64,000 nucleotides of DNA from Chrysomallon squamiferum. Taxonomy: Eukaryota > Animalia > Mollusca. Positions within the stretch are counted from its first letter, which is position 1. Each line of letters starts with the position of its first letter. The notes beneath the pieces are model-generated. The model did no database searches and was not told where the DNA came from. It saw only the letters and a program-made list of their open reading frames with translations. Of this stretch, positions 47,640-62,225 are shown piece by piece. The stretch covers positions 15,996,001-16,060,000 of the forward strand of contig CM022677.1 of the NCBI GenBank assembly GCA_012295275.1, read 5' to 3'. The translations under genes were made by a program, and so were the position numbers.

Positions 47640-47953
47640 TAATAATAAAATGAAAACAGTATAATAATAAATAACTAATCATATTTTAATGATTATTAAT
47701 TTTAGTTAGAATTCACATGTGTATGTAAGCAAATAATTAAAATGTATTGGCCTTAAGATTGTTTTATTTTTTTCATGTGACTGTTTATAGTTAACAATTG
47801 TTGTTTTGATTTATAAGTATACTTCTGTTGGTTGTTTGTTTGTTGTTAGGCAAATTTATAAAATACACATAACATTCCTAATACAAGTGCATCAGTGTTT
47901 TATTTGTTATTTTTATTGTGTTATTGTAATGTTATTATTATTATTATTACTAA

Positions 47954-48018
<65 letters not shown>

Positions 48019-48710
48019 ACTATCGATAAAGCTATTAGTTCTGTTAAAAATAACTAATTACTTTTATTACTATATTACTATTACTGCTACTACTACAAAT
48101 AATGCTACTACTATTACTACTACTACTTTTATAGTAACTACTATTTCTATTACACTATGCTACACCTATAAGTAAAATTATTTCTAATAATATTGCTAAT
48201 ACCATTACTTTCACTGCCATTTTTATTCTTTTTACTATTACTTCTACTATTGCTACTATTAATACTGTTAGAATTACTACTGCAAATACCATTACACTAC
48301 TATAATTAGTGCTGCTACTACAATTACCACAACTACTACCACTACAACATTTTCATCTAGCTGCTATGGTGTATACATAAAATTACAAATACTAATATTA
48401 ATTTACAAACATACTTCAATTATCCATGAAGAAAAATGGAATTGTCTCCCTTCAATTGTTTGATTATTTTTAATGGTGCTCAAAAATTTAAAAAAAAAAA
48501 AAAAAAAATTACTTAATTAGCTTTTAACTAATTTAACTACAGCAATTAATTTTACATATTTATATCTGGCTAGCCATGTATATAATATGTATGTGTGTAC
48601 ATATGAAGTACTGTTAGTAGTAACTACCAGCTTTATATGTAAAATCTAGTCAATGATGCTTATACTATTATTATTGTTGAAAATTTGGATTATTTGGTAT
48701 TACTACAATG

Positions 48711-48747
<37 letters not shown>

Positions 48748-49404
48748 TATTCAATCATTTTAAAACTTTTTTCATGTTTTATTATTTCAAAAGTTGTATT
48801 GAAAAAACTTTTATTTTCATTTTTTGTTCATGCTTTTTGATATTTATATATTTAAATCTGTTCTCCATTTTATTTATTACTACTAGTACTACTACTAGTA
48901 CTTGAATACTGTACTAGTACTGGTTCTTTCACCATTACTGTTCTATTATGCTAATCCTATTATTACTACTACTATTACTATTACTATTACCACTACTATA
49001 TTGCTACCAGTATAACTAGATTAGTAGTACTATATTATTGTTTTACAGAGATAAATTTTCCCTGACCCAAAACAGAATAAAATATAAATTACTGATAAAT
49101 AAATACATAAATAAATTAATATAAATAAAACAAACAAAAAGTAAATAAATAAATAATTAAAAACCTTACAGTTCAGCATTTCTCATAAAATGACTTTAAT
49201 ATTTCTGTGTGCCTAGATTTACAAAAAAAAATGTGTGCTTCCTGATAATTTTTTGAATATTAATTTCTGAAGCATTTTTAACGTCACACTTGCCAAAAAT
49301 TAATCAAAGTAGACAGAATGGGGCTTCCATATTTTTTCTAAAATTTGAAATTTCATTGCAGAATTTATTTTCTTCTTTTCTGTTTCTTAAACTTAATATT
49401 TTTT

Positions 49405-49447
<43 letters not shown>

Positions 49448-50958
49448 TTAGATCTGCAGCCAAACTGAATTATTTTAACTTTATATTACAATATCTGTAT
49501 CTATCTGTATCTATTTATCTTTCTATCTATCTCTCTATCTATCTACCTCTATATATGCATTAATTTATTATAATCTGTTTTATTTACTATTACTATTATG
49601 ACCAATTATTATTACTACTACTACTACTACTATTATTACTATTATTACTTTTATTATCACCATAACTGTTTTGAATTTACCACTATAAAGTTATATATAT
49701 ATATATATTTGATAGTTTCTTAATTCTATTTCTATTTCTATTTCTTTTTTTTTTCTTTTTTTTTTCTTTTTTAATAAAATCTGCTTTCATGTTTGCTTGT
49801 GCCAAATTTCTGAAAGTAAAGTACAGACTCAATTAATAATGTATAAACTGATTCTAAAATCTGCCATGTGCATTTTTAGTTCATATCAACAAATTCTCTG
49901 AAATTTCTGTTTCTGCTACTGTATCTCTCTCTGTAGATGCTTATACTGTTAATAATTATAATGTTATTCGAATTTGTGGGATTTTTTTTTTTTGCTTAGA
50001 AATCAAAAAGTCTGTAAGCTAACTATATATGATAATAATATGACTGTTAATTATTAATTTAGGCTCATTTTTTCTATTTTTTAAACGGCTTTAGTTTTGT
50101 TATGAATTAGGTTTGGGAAGTTCTCAGTTTTTAATAACAACATTTTTTAACAGTTTTTAATATCTTTTTTATTTATTTATTTATTTATTTATTTATTTTA
50201 TTTTTATTATATTGTTGTTTTTTTTTAATTTTTTTTTAAACAAATAGTTGATATTCAAAATAGATATAAAATGTTAATTGTTACTAATTTGTATTCCTTT
50301 TAAGATATATTCATTTTTAAAATGATTGATTAATTCATTACATGTAACATGCAAGTTATAAATCGTATTAAATACTGAATTCTTTCTTAAAATTTCTCGA
50401 TGCATAATGTATATTAATATATAATATGTTGTTGTTATTATGGCTATCAGTTGCATTAGTTTTTATTTATAAAATAAATAAAAATATAAAATACCTTACT
50501 TGTGGAAAAAAAAGTACTATTGTTTACTCAGAATTCAAATACTTTATAATTATATAATTATATATATATATATATATATATGTTTTATATAAACTGAATT
50601 TAATAATCTTTATTATTCATGTAAAAATTATTTTGTATTGTCTACATTAGTATAAGTGATACTTTTAATCTCATTATTTTATATATATATTTTTTCTTAA
50701 TTTTAATTATTATTAATTATTATTATATTATTATTATTATTATTATCATTATTATTATTTTATTTCTTTCTTTCTTTTTTTTTTCATTTATTTTTTTTTA
50801 TTTTTTTTTAATCTATGTATATAAGAAATAACTTAGAATCTGATACATATAGATAAAACATCATGTTGAAAATTGATATTTTTACCTGTGAATTAGAATA
50901 TGAATGAAATGAGTTTTATATTTATCCCTTTAATTTCTTTTTTCTTTTTTCTTAAGCT

Positions 50959-51036
<78 letters not shown>

Positions 51037-51233
51037 TAACAAGAAGACAAAAATCACAAACGAAGCAGAACAACATTTCCCCATAAAAACAAAGGACCAA
51101 CAAAACAACAACAAAAAAAATAAAAATAAAAGTAAATAAATAAATAAAAAAATAAAAATAAATAAAAATTAAGAAACCATTGTAAAAATATAATAAAAAC
51201 ACCTTGAATGTATATGTATATATAACAAGTTTT

Positions 51234-51267
<34 letters not shown>

Positions 51268-51486
51268 TGTATTTTGAAATGGTCCCCTATGTTTTTCATG
51301 TTTCTTTTTTAACCTCTTAGTTGTCTTTTTTATATAATGCATTTTACGCAGTCATCAAAAAATCTCATTCGATGCTTCATGTAATATATATATATATATA
51401 TATAGATATAAAAAATGGAATATTTTAATGTCTGTACTGTTACTTGTTTTCCTTTGTTTTCAAATGTAAAACCTAGATTCTTATCA

Positions 51487-51524
<38 letters not shown>

Positions 51525-51530
51525 TTTTAT

Positions 51531-51566
<36 letters not shown>

Positions 51567-52095
51567 TTTAAATTTGTTTTTAAAGAAAAAAGTTTTGTAT
51601 TGTCTTTGAAGTATGTGGAATGGTTATGGTATGTAAAAATAAATAAATACAAATTTATACATGTTCATATTTCGTTTTCTTTTGTTATTCTAGTATATAA
51701 CATATATGTTAAGGCTATTTTATATAAATAGATATATAGATAGATAGCAAGAGAGAGAGAGAGATAAAATACTTGTTCAGCAGTGAGAAAGAGTTGTCTT
51801 TCCTTCATCTTTAAATTTGTAGCAATGTTGTGAAAATCTGAAATTGGTAAAGTGAAAGGAATAGATTAAGCAATCATAAGTATCAAAGTAGTATAAACAT
51901 TTAATGTCTGGAAAGTGAAAGGAATTTTTCCAGTATAATATGCATCTTATAGTAGATTGTATATCAATCTACAGTTTTATTTCTGTTTCTTAATTTAATA
52001 GCATAGTATTAATGATGAAGATGATATTCATAATAATAACGACAACACCAATAGTGAAATGTACTAATGTACGCTTTTTTATATATTTATATGTG

Positions 52096-52134
<39 letters not shown>

Positions 52135-52964
52135 TCACATGCACATGCATACACAAACACACGTGTAAATATATGTGTATGTATCTACTTACCTGTCTCT
52201 CCACCTACCACCCTGAATGTGTGATTGTGTGTCTGTATATCTACCTACATACCTACTACCTCTCTACCCATCTGTCTGTCTGTCTGTCTATCTATCTAGC
52301 TAGCTAGCTACTTACATACCTACCTCTTTACAAACCTACTTATTTATCTACCTTCCTGCCTGTCTATGTATTCATCTGTCTACTTACCTACCTATCCATC
52401 TGTCTTTCTACCTGTCTATCTGTCAATCTGTAATATCTATCTCATTCACATGCATACACTGAATACAATAAAACGAAAAGAAAAGAGAAAAAATAATAAG
52501 GAAAAAGTGTTAAGAACAAATACATATTCTGAGAAAAAAAAAAAACAAGAAAAGAAAAGAAAGAAACATCAAAGCAAAAACAAAACAGGAAGAAAAGTGA
52601 TATAAATAATCATAAACATTGAATCTGATGAAGATAATCTGTACTCATTTGGGTGTCTGATACAAGCTTACAATACACAAGTGACACTAATCCGTTTGTT
52701 GTAGCTTACATCGTCTTTCCGTAATATTACTTATGTGTAGTGGGAAAATATATCGTTAAAAAAAAAAAAAATAATAAAAAAAATAAAAATAAATAAAAAT
52801 AAAAAAAAATAAAATAATAATAATAATAATAATAAAATAATAATAATAAAATAATAATAATAAAGAAAAAAAAAAATAATTTTAAGAAAAATAAATAAAA
52901 AAATAAAAAAAAAAAAAAGATAAAAGAAAAAATAAAAAAATAATTTAAAAAAAAAAAAAAGAAA

Positions 52965-52997
<33 letters not shown>

Positions 52998-53134
52998 TAA
53001 TAATAATAAAGAAAAAAAAATAATTTTAAGAAAATAAATTAAAAAAAAAAAAAATAAATAAAAAGATAAAAAAAAATAAGATAAAAGAAAAATATAAAAA
53101 TAATTTAAAAAAAAAGAAAAAAAGAAAAATAAAA

Positions 53135-53178
<44 letters not shown>

Positions 53179-53298
53179 TTGAAGAGGATGTAATACCAAT
53201 CTAGTTGCAAGATTTTTATGTATTTATTAATACTTATTTTTAATTTTTTTAAATATCTTTGATTAGAATACTTATTTTATTCACCTGCAAGCCAGCCT

Positions 53299-53389
<91 letters not shown>

Positions 53390-53580
53390 ATACATAACTT
53401 ATCTTTCCTTTATCGCTCTATTGTAAAACTAAATATGCCATTAGTAACCTAACGATGTCGCATGTTATTATTGACGTCATATGTATTGTTGACGTCATGG
53501 TTTCTAAAAATATATGAAACTCGAATCAGTTTCGCTTCTTAATAAAGACAAAAGGAATTCGCGTTTGGTCTAAAAGGTAT

Positions 53581-53611
<31 letters not shown>

Positions 53612-54083
53612 TTAGTGTATTTATTTGTTTGTTTTAAATGAAAACGTAATTTGTTTTCTTTGTGCTTCTAAATAATGACATTATAAAGACAAGATTTCCA
53701 TTAACGAAAACACAATTCAACATTCGTTCTCACAATATTTGTTAACTACTATAGCATTCGTTTACTATAAAGGTTATGAACAGTATTAATACATAAATAA
53801 AAACAAAACGAAGAAAAAGAAAATCACGATAAAAATAAATATCACAGTGAGCAGAACATGAAAAAACTACAATCTCAGTTTATAATCTATGGACGGCACA
53901 ATATAATATTTATCTTTAACTATTAGAAGTCCCACAGAAGATTCGCTAGTATAAATATCAATAAATTCAGAAAGCAGGGACTATATTTCACACTAAATGA
54001 CTGATCTGAGACTGAATTTCCCATTCAGTTTATCTAATAAGTTTCTAAACTTTTTTTTTTTTTTTTTTTCAAAAAAGGAAAAA

Positions 54084-54141
<58 letters not shown>

Positions 54142-55175
54142 CTGTAGAAGTAGCTCTAAAGGTAATGTTAAGGGTAATAGCAATATCAGCATTAGCAGTA
54201 ATAACAGTAGTAGTACTAATATAAGTAGTAGTAGTAATACAAGCAGCAGTTATAATGTTACTATTAACGGTAATAGAATATCAGCAGTAGCAGTAGTTGC
54301 AGTAATAGTGGTAGCAGTAGTAGTAACTGTAGAATTGAATCTTAGTATACAGAATAGCTGCATTAAGTATTTTCTTTCGTAAAAGTGTTATTATATTAAA
54401 ACTTGAAAAAAACTGTCAGTGGGTGTGCAATCTACGGATGAATATTCGAAGGAAAAACAACAACATATAATAACAACAGCAATAACATCAACAACAATAA
54501 TGATGATGATGATGGCTATGATAATAATAATTATAACAACAACAGAACTAGCAGTGGTAATAGTAGTAATAGTAATAAATAAATAAATAAATAAAGTTTA
54601 CGTGACGGTAATTTAGTTACTATAGTTACTAAACTAATTTTGTATTCCATTACGCTCACATTGTGAAAAAACCAGTCGATTGCTTTAAGCGTTTGCGAAA
54701 ACTCAACGATCGCCTAAACAAATTTTTTCTTTTTTTTTTTTTGTTTTTTTCATTAAAAAGCGAACTGTTGGTGTATATTTGGACTTTTAATGTTAATCAG
54801 GAGATTTATTTTGTGTAGAGAAACCAGAATTATCAGGAGAATGATAAACAAAGATAACACCGGATCGTCAGTGACTCTGAATTTAGTATGTAGATAAATT
54901 TCGAGGTTGGGGTTTAATTAAGATGTCAGTTTAACGACATCAGTAATTCTCTGTGTTGAACATAAACCAAGAGTTAGGGGTGTTATATTTTAATTATATA
55001 TATATATAAAGAAGAGAAAGGGGAAAAAAAAGAAAAGAAAAACAAAGAAAGAAGTAAATGACTTAAAAATATACAGCGTTATAATTTTAATATTTAAAAA
55101 AATATTTATTCCTTTTATTGTTAGTTCTAAAAATTGCTCCAATATACATGTATGTATATGTGTGTGTGTGTGTGT

Positions 55176-55282
<107 letters not shown>

Positions 55283-55585
55283 TGTGTGTGTGTGTGTGTG
55301 TGGCGCCATTTCTCGGTCCTTAAACAGTCTTTCAAGTGCAATTTTGATGGAGGTCTCACACAAGCGTTTTTTTTTTTTTTTTTTTTTTCTTTTTTTCTTT
55401 CTTTCTTTTTTCATTTTCTGTTCGGTTAACTCACATTAAACAGAAGACGACTGCAATGTGGCATTTCTCTTCAAAATTAATCTCTTGAGTGTCGTCATGT
55501 TTTGTCATCCGTGTGACGTCACATCTTCTCAGCCGAACAGCTTATTAGTTCAAATAACAAATGGCGTCCTCTGTATAAGCTGAAC

Positions 55586-55644
<59 letters not shown>

Positions 55645-56382
55645 TATTTATATATTGACTTTATTTTTTATTTTCTGTATTCTTTATTATTTTTTATTTT
55701 TTTCTTATGACTTTGTTTTTTTTTGTTGTTTTTTTTTTTTTTTTTTCACTTTTTCACTTATTTAATATTATTAATTTTTTCCCTTTCTTTTATTATTTTT
55801 TATTATTACTTTTCGTTTTTTATTCTCATCTTTTAAATTTCTTTTCTTTCGTTTTTTTCTTTAATTCATTCACTTTTATTTATCGATTCTTTTTTCAGTT
55901 TTCCATTCATTACTTCACTTTTTTTTCTTTTTCCTTTACTTAAAAAAAAAAAATAAATAAATAAATAAAAAAAAATTCCATTGTTTTGTTGCTTGTGCTG
56001 TTCTTCTTTTTGTTCATTCCTCCTTTTGTGATTTCATTTCCTTTTATTACTGTAGCCTTTAAAATAGTATTTATGAAAATACAAAAGAAAAAAAAAAAGA
56101 AATTAGAAAAAAATATGTTTCTTTGTTTCAAGTCATCCATTTTTTTTTCTCTTTTTTTCTCTTTTTTTTCTTTCTTTTTAACCTTTTATTTATTTTTGAT
56201 TATATTTTTTCTTTCATTACACTGAATATTTTTTTTGTTTTTTCTTTTGTTTTTACTGGGGCTTTTTTTTCTTCTGTTTTCAAGTTCAGTATTTTTATCC
56301 CTTTCGTTTTTCAATTAGTTCTTTCATTTCCTTTACTTGTTTTCAGCCATTTATTTTCATTTTTTTTTTTTAAATGTTCTCT

Positions 56383-56421
<39 letters not shown>

Positions 56422-56525
56422 TTTGTTTGTTTGTTTATTTTTAATTTTAATTTTTGTTTTTTATTTTGTCAAATTTGCAAAGATAAACTGATTTTATTTT
56501 ATATTTACTTATAGCATATATATAT

Positions 56526-56559
<34 letters not shown>

Positions 56560-56561
56560 GG

Positions 56562-56673
<112 letters not shown>

Positions 56674-56944
56674 AAAAAAAAATATTAAAAAATTAAAACC
56701 TTTCATCTTTTTAATTTTTTTTTTTTTTTTTTTTTTCAAAATTTGTCATCTTATTCACTCCTATGTGACAGACACGGAAAACTAATTTTAAAATACTTCA
56801 AGTTCTGCAGGAGAAAACTCATTTCATATATTGGCAGATGAGAATAGATCAAGTAGATGAGTTGGCAAATGGGTCCAGAATTTTCTCGAAATTTGCTCAA
56901 ATTGTCAGCGTGATGTCATTTGATTTTGAAATATGAGAAACGGT

Positions 56945-57110
56945 AATGATGAATTAAAACATAATAATAATGATGATGATGATGATGATAATATAATCTG
57001 TGATGAGTTAAAACATGATGATAATCATGATGATGATGATAATATAATCTGTGATGAATTAAAACATGATGATAATCATGATGATGAGATGATGATAAAA
57101 TCTGTGATAA
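56945..57110. repeat. Tandem ~50 bp repeat (GATGAATTAAAACATGATGATAATCATGATGATG...ATCTGT), ~3 copies
   Basis: Direct repetition visible in the sequence. Confidence 0.75.
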
Positions 57111-57397
57111 TTATGATGGTTATGATTATGATAATAATGTAATGTGCAATGATGATTGTGATCAAGATGATGATAATTGTGATAATAATGTATGATAATG
57201 ATGATATTATAATGCGGGATGTTGATGATAAAAAAAAGCATCATGATGATGATTAGTCAACAACTACAACCACAATACTAACAGTTATAGAAAGAACAGC
57301 GACAACCACAACGATTATCTTCGTTCATTTATAAAGTAACGAGCAAACGAAAATAAAATTAAAACAAAAATTACCGTGCTATTTACAAATAATAATG

Positions 57398-57509
<112 letters not shown>

Positions 57510-58349
57510 CGAAGGAGCGAGCGAGCAATACAAACATATCTGTATGTATTAATATTTTCTAAATAAATGTTATTTATCAAAATGAAACAATCCACGTTCG
57601 TATTTCAATGCTAAATTTAACAACTAACGCTAAAAAAAAGTGTAAACCATCAACCGATATATTCCACCCTATAATCATATATTGGCACAAACTGTTTTAA
57701 AAAATCAAATGTCTTCCGTTCCGATTCATATTCAACACAATCCGCGTTATTTCCGTAACTTCCGTGTATTTTAATCCAAAAAATAAATTAACACCACAGT
57801 GAAAAAGTAAAAAAAAAATAAAAAAATGAAGTAAAACAGAAAAGAAAACGAAAAAGAAAATCAGAAAAGATAAGACACTATCTCGACGAAAAAGCCGGCA
57901 CGGATGTAATATTTTCACTTCTTCTGCTAATCTCGGTTGTAATGGAATTCTGGGATCGCGTATTGTACAGACGAGACCAATCGATAAAAAAAAAAATGAG
58001 AAAAATAATTATCGCCGGTTTTACTGCTAACACGATGGCAAAATTAGTGCGTTAGACGAGTGTAGTTGACAGTTAAACGAAAGGGAAAATGATAGATTTG
58101 TTTACACTGTGACTTTTAAAAACTGTTCGCTGTCAATTAATTAATGCGTTAATAATACATTAAAGAAAAGAAAGAAAGAAGAAAGACAATTATGTTGACC
58201 GACTGATTCTGAGTGACTGGCTCTAAGATGAATGACTAAATATCAGACTGACTAAATGATCACCTGACTAATTGACTGCCTTACTGACTGACTACGATAT
58301 TGGCCGATTCTCCGACTATCTCGAACTAACTGATTAACTGACTCAGAGA

Positions 58350-58566
58350 CTACGAATTTCAGTGACTAAATTGACTTACTGTGAAATTCAGTGATTACTT
58401 ACTGTGAATTTCAGTGACTAACTGACTTACTGTGAATTTCAGTGACTAACCGACTTACTGTGAATTTCAGTGACTGACTTACTTACTGTGAATTTCAGTG
58501 ACTAACTGACTTATTGACTGTGAATTTCAGTGACTAACTGACTTACGTACTGTGAATTTCATTGAC
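58350..58566. repeat. Minisatellite, ~24-32 bp unit (ACTGTGAATTTCAGTGACTAACTGACTT), within a wider (GACT)n-rich tract 58195-59585
   Basis: About 8 tandem copies. Confidence 0.85.
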
Positions 58567-58609
58567 TGATTAACTATGATATTAGCTGACTATGAGAATG
58601 TCTGACTAT

Positions 58610-59387
58610 TAGGGGTCCGAAAACCGGCAAATACCTGTTTTAGTAATTGATTGGGTAATACCGTTACCGAAGCACCAATACCGGTTTTCTGAATTTTAAC
58701 GAGTTTTGTTGAGAGATATGTTAGTTGTTAACATAAGATTATGTTAGTATTCAGGTGTTGCTAGCGTGCCTTCATATGCGAGTTCGATTCTCGTCTGTTC
58801 AGTGTTCCACGTTTACCTGTTTGATTGCTGACCTGTGTGCCATCCTAAGTCATTTTGGCGACTAGTCATAAGGGATTGGCTCCTGCTTTTCGGTTGTCGC
58901 CCAAGACACTAGATGTTTTGTGTTTTATAAAGTCATACTTCTCGAGTATCGAGGAATGAATCAGAATTTCTCAAAAGTTGCAAAACATGTGATGTGTACA
59001 TTTTGGATAATAAACGTAAGTGTTACAATTTCTTTGTTTCGTTTTTTATAAAATTCGCATCCACATTTCTTCCTGTTTTTTATTACATGTACATTTTTTA
59101 TATACCTTTTGTAACCAATTTAAATTCTATAAAGGTTCATTTCACGATTTTTTTCTGAAGAGAGGTAGGAAAAGGAGGATAATGAATAATGTAGTCAGAT
59201 GAGTGTCAAATAATAAATAAAATGAGTTTGCGTAAGAGAAAACAGTGTCCACAAAACCCCATAAGTACCTTTTCCTATTGCACAAACTAACTAAAACCGG
59301 TATTGAGAATATCTGTCGGTAATTTACCGGTACCGATATTATCGGTAATTTACCGGTTTCGATATTATCGGTAATTTGCAAACCATA
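58610..59387. mobile_element. Non-autonomous DNA transposon (hAT-like MITE remnant)
   Basis: Left end TAGGGGTCCG, right end (reverse complement) TATGGTTTGC. Subterminal TACCG/ACCGGT repeats at both ends, flanks CTGACTAT and CTGACTTT (7/8 match, 8-bp TSD-like). It interrupts a GACT satellite and has no transposase ORF. Confidence 0.6.
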
Positions 59388-61732
59388 CTGACTTTGTCCT
59401 TGACTCACTGACTGATCAGCCTCTTTAATGACGCTGCATGACTGACTATGACTATGATACTGACTGACTGACTGACTGATGTGACTGATTGACTATGACT
59501 ATAATACTGACTGACTGACTGACTATGACTATGAGACTGACTGACTAACTGACTGACTGACTTAATGACCCACTGACTGACACATTCAACGTCTTACTGA
59601 TTCATCGACTATAATAAAATCGTCTGACTGTTCATGAGACTGACAAATTCATGACGCACCTACGTAATAAACGACTGAGTTATTTTGAAACCGAGGATAA
59701 AGAAGACCTTGAAATTCCACATTCAAAAATCAAAAAAAATTAGCCGAATGTTAATTAACACCATTGATTCTTAGATTACAAATTATTCCTTTATAGATAA
59801 CAGCTTTCTGCTTAAACCAAATCAAGCTCAAACGAAGAGAGTGCATCGCAGTCCAGGTTTCCTTTCAAAACTAACCTAATAGAAAAAAAAATTTCATGGC
59901 CGGATGACCGAAATCTAAATTGACGGTCGGGGTGATGGCCTCGAGGTAATGCTGTTTTAATGGGCTTTGTTATAACGTAATGAAATTCCTGGAAAAGGTG
60001 CGGAATTGGCTGTTAGCCTCTGGTTGTGGAAATTACGCCAGTTGTAAATAACCGTTTGGTTTGTTTCCTTTGAAAAGAGCCAGTCGACTGGTCAAGTGGT
60101 TATTTCGTGCGGAAACAAAAGAAGAAGACCTTCTATTTATATTGCGTTGCGTTTGCGAGTGAAAGACTGTTTCACACTAGAGCTTCGTCTGTTTCTGGTT
60201 TCTGGTTTTTGTTGTTGGTTCTGTTTTAGTAGTATCAGTAGAATTAGTAACAGTAGTAGCTGTAGTAGTAGTAGTAACAGTAGTGGTAGTAATAGTAGCA
60301 GTAGTAGTAGTAATAACAGTAGTGGTAGTAGCAGCAGTAGCAGTAGTAGTAGTAGTAGCAGCAGTAGTAGTATTAGTAGCTGTAGTAGTAGTAACAGCGA
60401 AGTAGAAGTAGTAGGTAGTAGTAGTAGTAGTAGTAGCTGTAGCGTAGCAGTAGTAGTAACAGTAGTAGCAGCGGTAGCAGTAGTAGTCGTAGTGGTAGTG
60501 GTGGCGGTAGCAGACGTAGTCGTAGTAGGACAGTAATAGTGGTATTAGTGGTGATAGTACTAATAGTAATTGTAGCAGTAATAGTAGCAGTAGTAGCAGG
60601 GGAGTAACAGTAGTAGTTATAGAAGTAGTAATGTATGTCGGACGTTCTATTTGTATTTTTGTCCATCCATTCGTCCATCAATTCGTCTGTCTGTCTATAT
60701 GTCTGTATATCTGTATACTATGTCAGTCTCTCCGCTGTCTTTGTGTCTGTATGTATGTCTGTCTGTCTTCTGTTTACCTATTTCTGTGTCTCGCTATCCC
60801 TCTTTCAATATGTACAATAAACAAAATTATTGGTGAATAAAGTACAAAATAATTAAAACATACGGCAGAGGCAGTCTAGGGAACATAACTCTAAACGATT
60901 ATTAATTCACCCGCAGTATTTTACAAGTGAGATGTAATTTCAATAAGACAAGTAAAACGACTTTGTATCAAAGCAGACGATAAATAAATAAAATCGATCG
61001 CGTGCTTGTTGGCGCCAAAAAAATGATAGACGTAGTTTCGTATCACCCATCACATCGCTGAAGATTACTCCTAAATTTGAAATATACACGTAATTAGGAT
61101 AGTCTAAAAATAGTAGCTCAGTACATGTAGACTTTAACGTTTGCGTAGGAGTCAAAAAAAATTATCCGTGGCTTTTGCTTTATGTTTCGACAGCTTTCTA
61201 GCTACTGACGGCGGTTATAAAATGAAGAATAGTTGGATGCAGTTGTAATTGCACCCTTCGAGAGCAATGCTGGAATTAAAATCGTTTATTTCTGAATTAT
61301 TTGTATGGAACCATAGGCTTCGAACGTTTGTTAATAATAAAGTATGGCCATACAGTTAAAAAGCTTGTAAAGATGCGAAGAGGATGACATTTTCTCGTTT
61401 TTTAACGAGCATGTGGTCTCAAAACTACAAAATTGCTTTGTCGACCGTGCCTACACATTCATTCATCCATCCATTCATTCTTCTGTCCATCCATCCATCC
61501 ATCCATCTTTCCATATTTATTGTGTTACTGCTACTGTCGTTCATCTTTTTCTTATCGTCATCATCACTGTTTTTGTAATCGCTGCTGTTGTTTAATGAGT
61601 GCGTCAGTGATTATTGTATTTGTGTTTTACCTTTGAAATGATATGATAAAATAATAAAAGAAATAAAATATATAGTTGTTTTCGATCCATATTTAGTCAG
61701 TCCATAAATTTAGTTGTTTTCTATCCAGATTT

Positions 61733-61843
<111 letters not shown>

Positions 61844-61890
61844 CATAAAATTATAAAACAAATAAATATATAGTTGTTTTCGATCCATAA

Positions 61891-61960
<70 letters not shown>

Positions 61961-62134
61961 GCCAGTCTGTCTTTCTTGCTCTCTTTCTTTCATTCTTTTC
62001 TCATTTTCTGTCTTTGTCTCCATATGATGGTACAACTACGATTACCAAAGGATCATTAATATTGTCATTTATTACTTCGCTTGCTAGTTTTTATTGCTTG
62101 TCTATAACCATACGAAGATATTCTGAACATGAAC

Positions 62135-62225
62135 ATGGCCTAGTCTTGCAGACGAACCAGTGTAAAGGTTAATTCAGGCAATCATCAGGTCACTGGGTTC
62201 AAATCCCGGCAGCGAACCTAATTTG
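62135..62225 (+). mobile_element. tRNA-derived SINE head remnant
   Basis: A-box-like TGGCCTAGT near 62137 and B-box GGTTCAAATCC (62196-62206) in a CTGGG/CCCGG T-arm stem. No full cloverleaf. Confidence 0.5.

Noticed and set aside
56933-57142. ORF with repeated CDELKHDDNHDDD
   Set aside because: Product of a ~50-bp tandem repeat in a GAT-rich tract, with no splice or gene context.
62135-62225. Functional tRNA gene
   Set aside because: Only A/B-box and T-arm remnants are present; no acceptor or anticodon stem could be folded.
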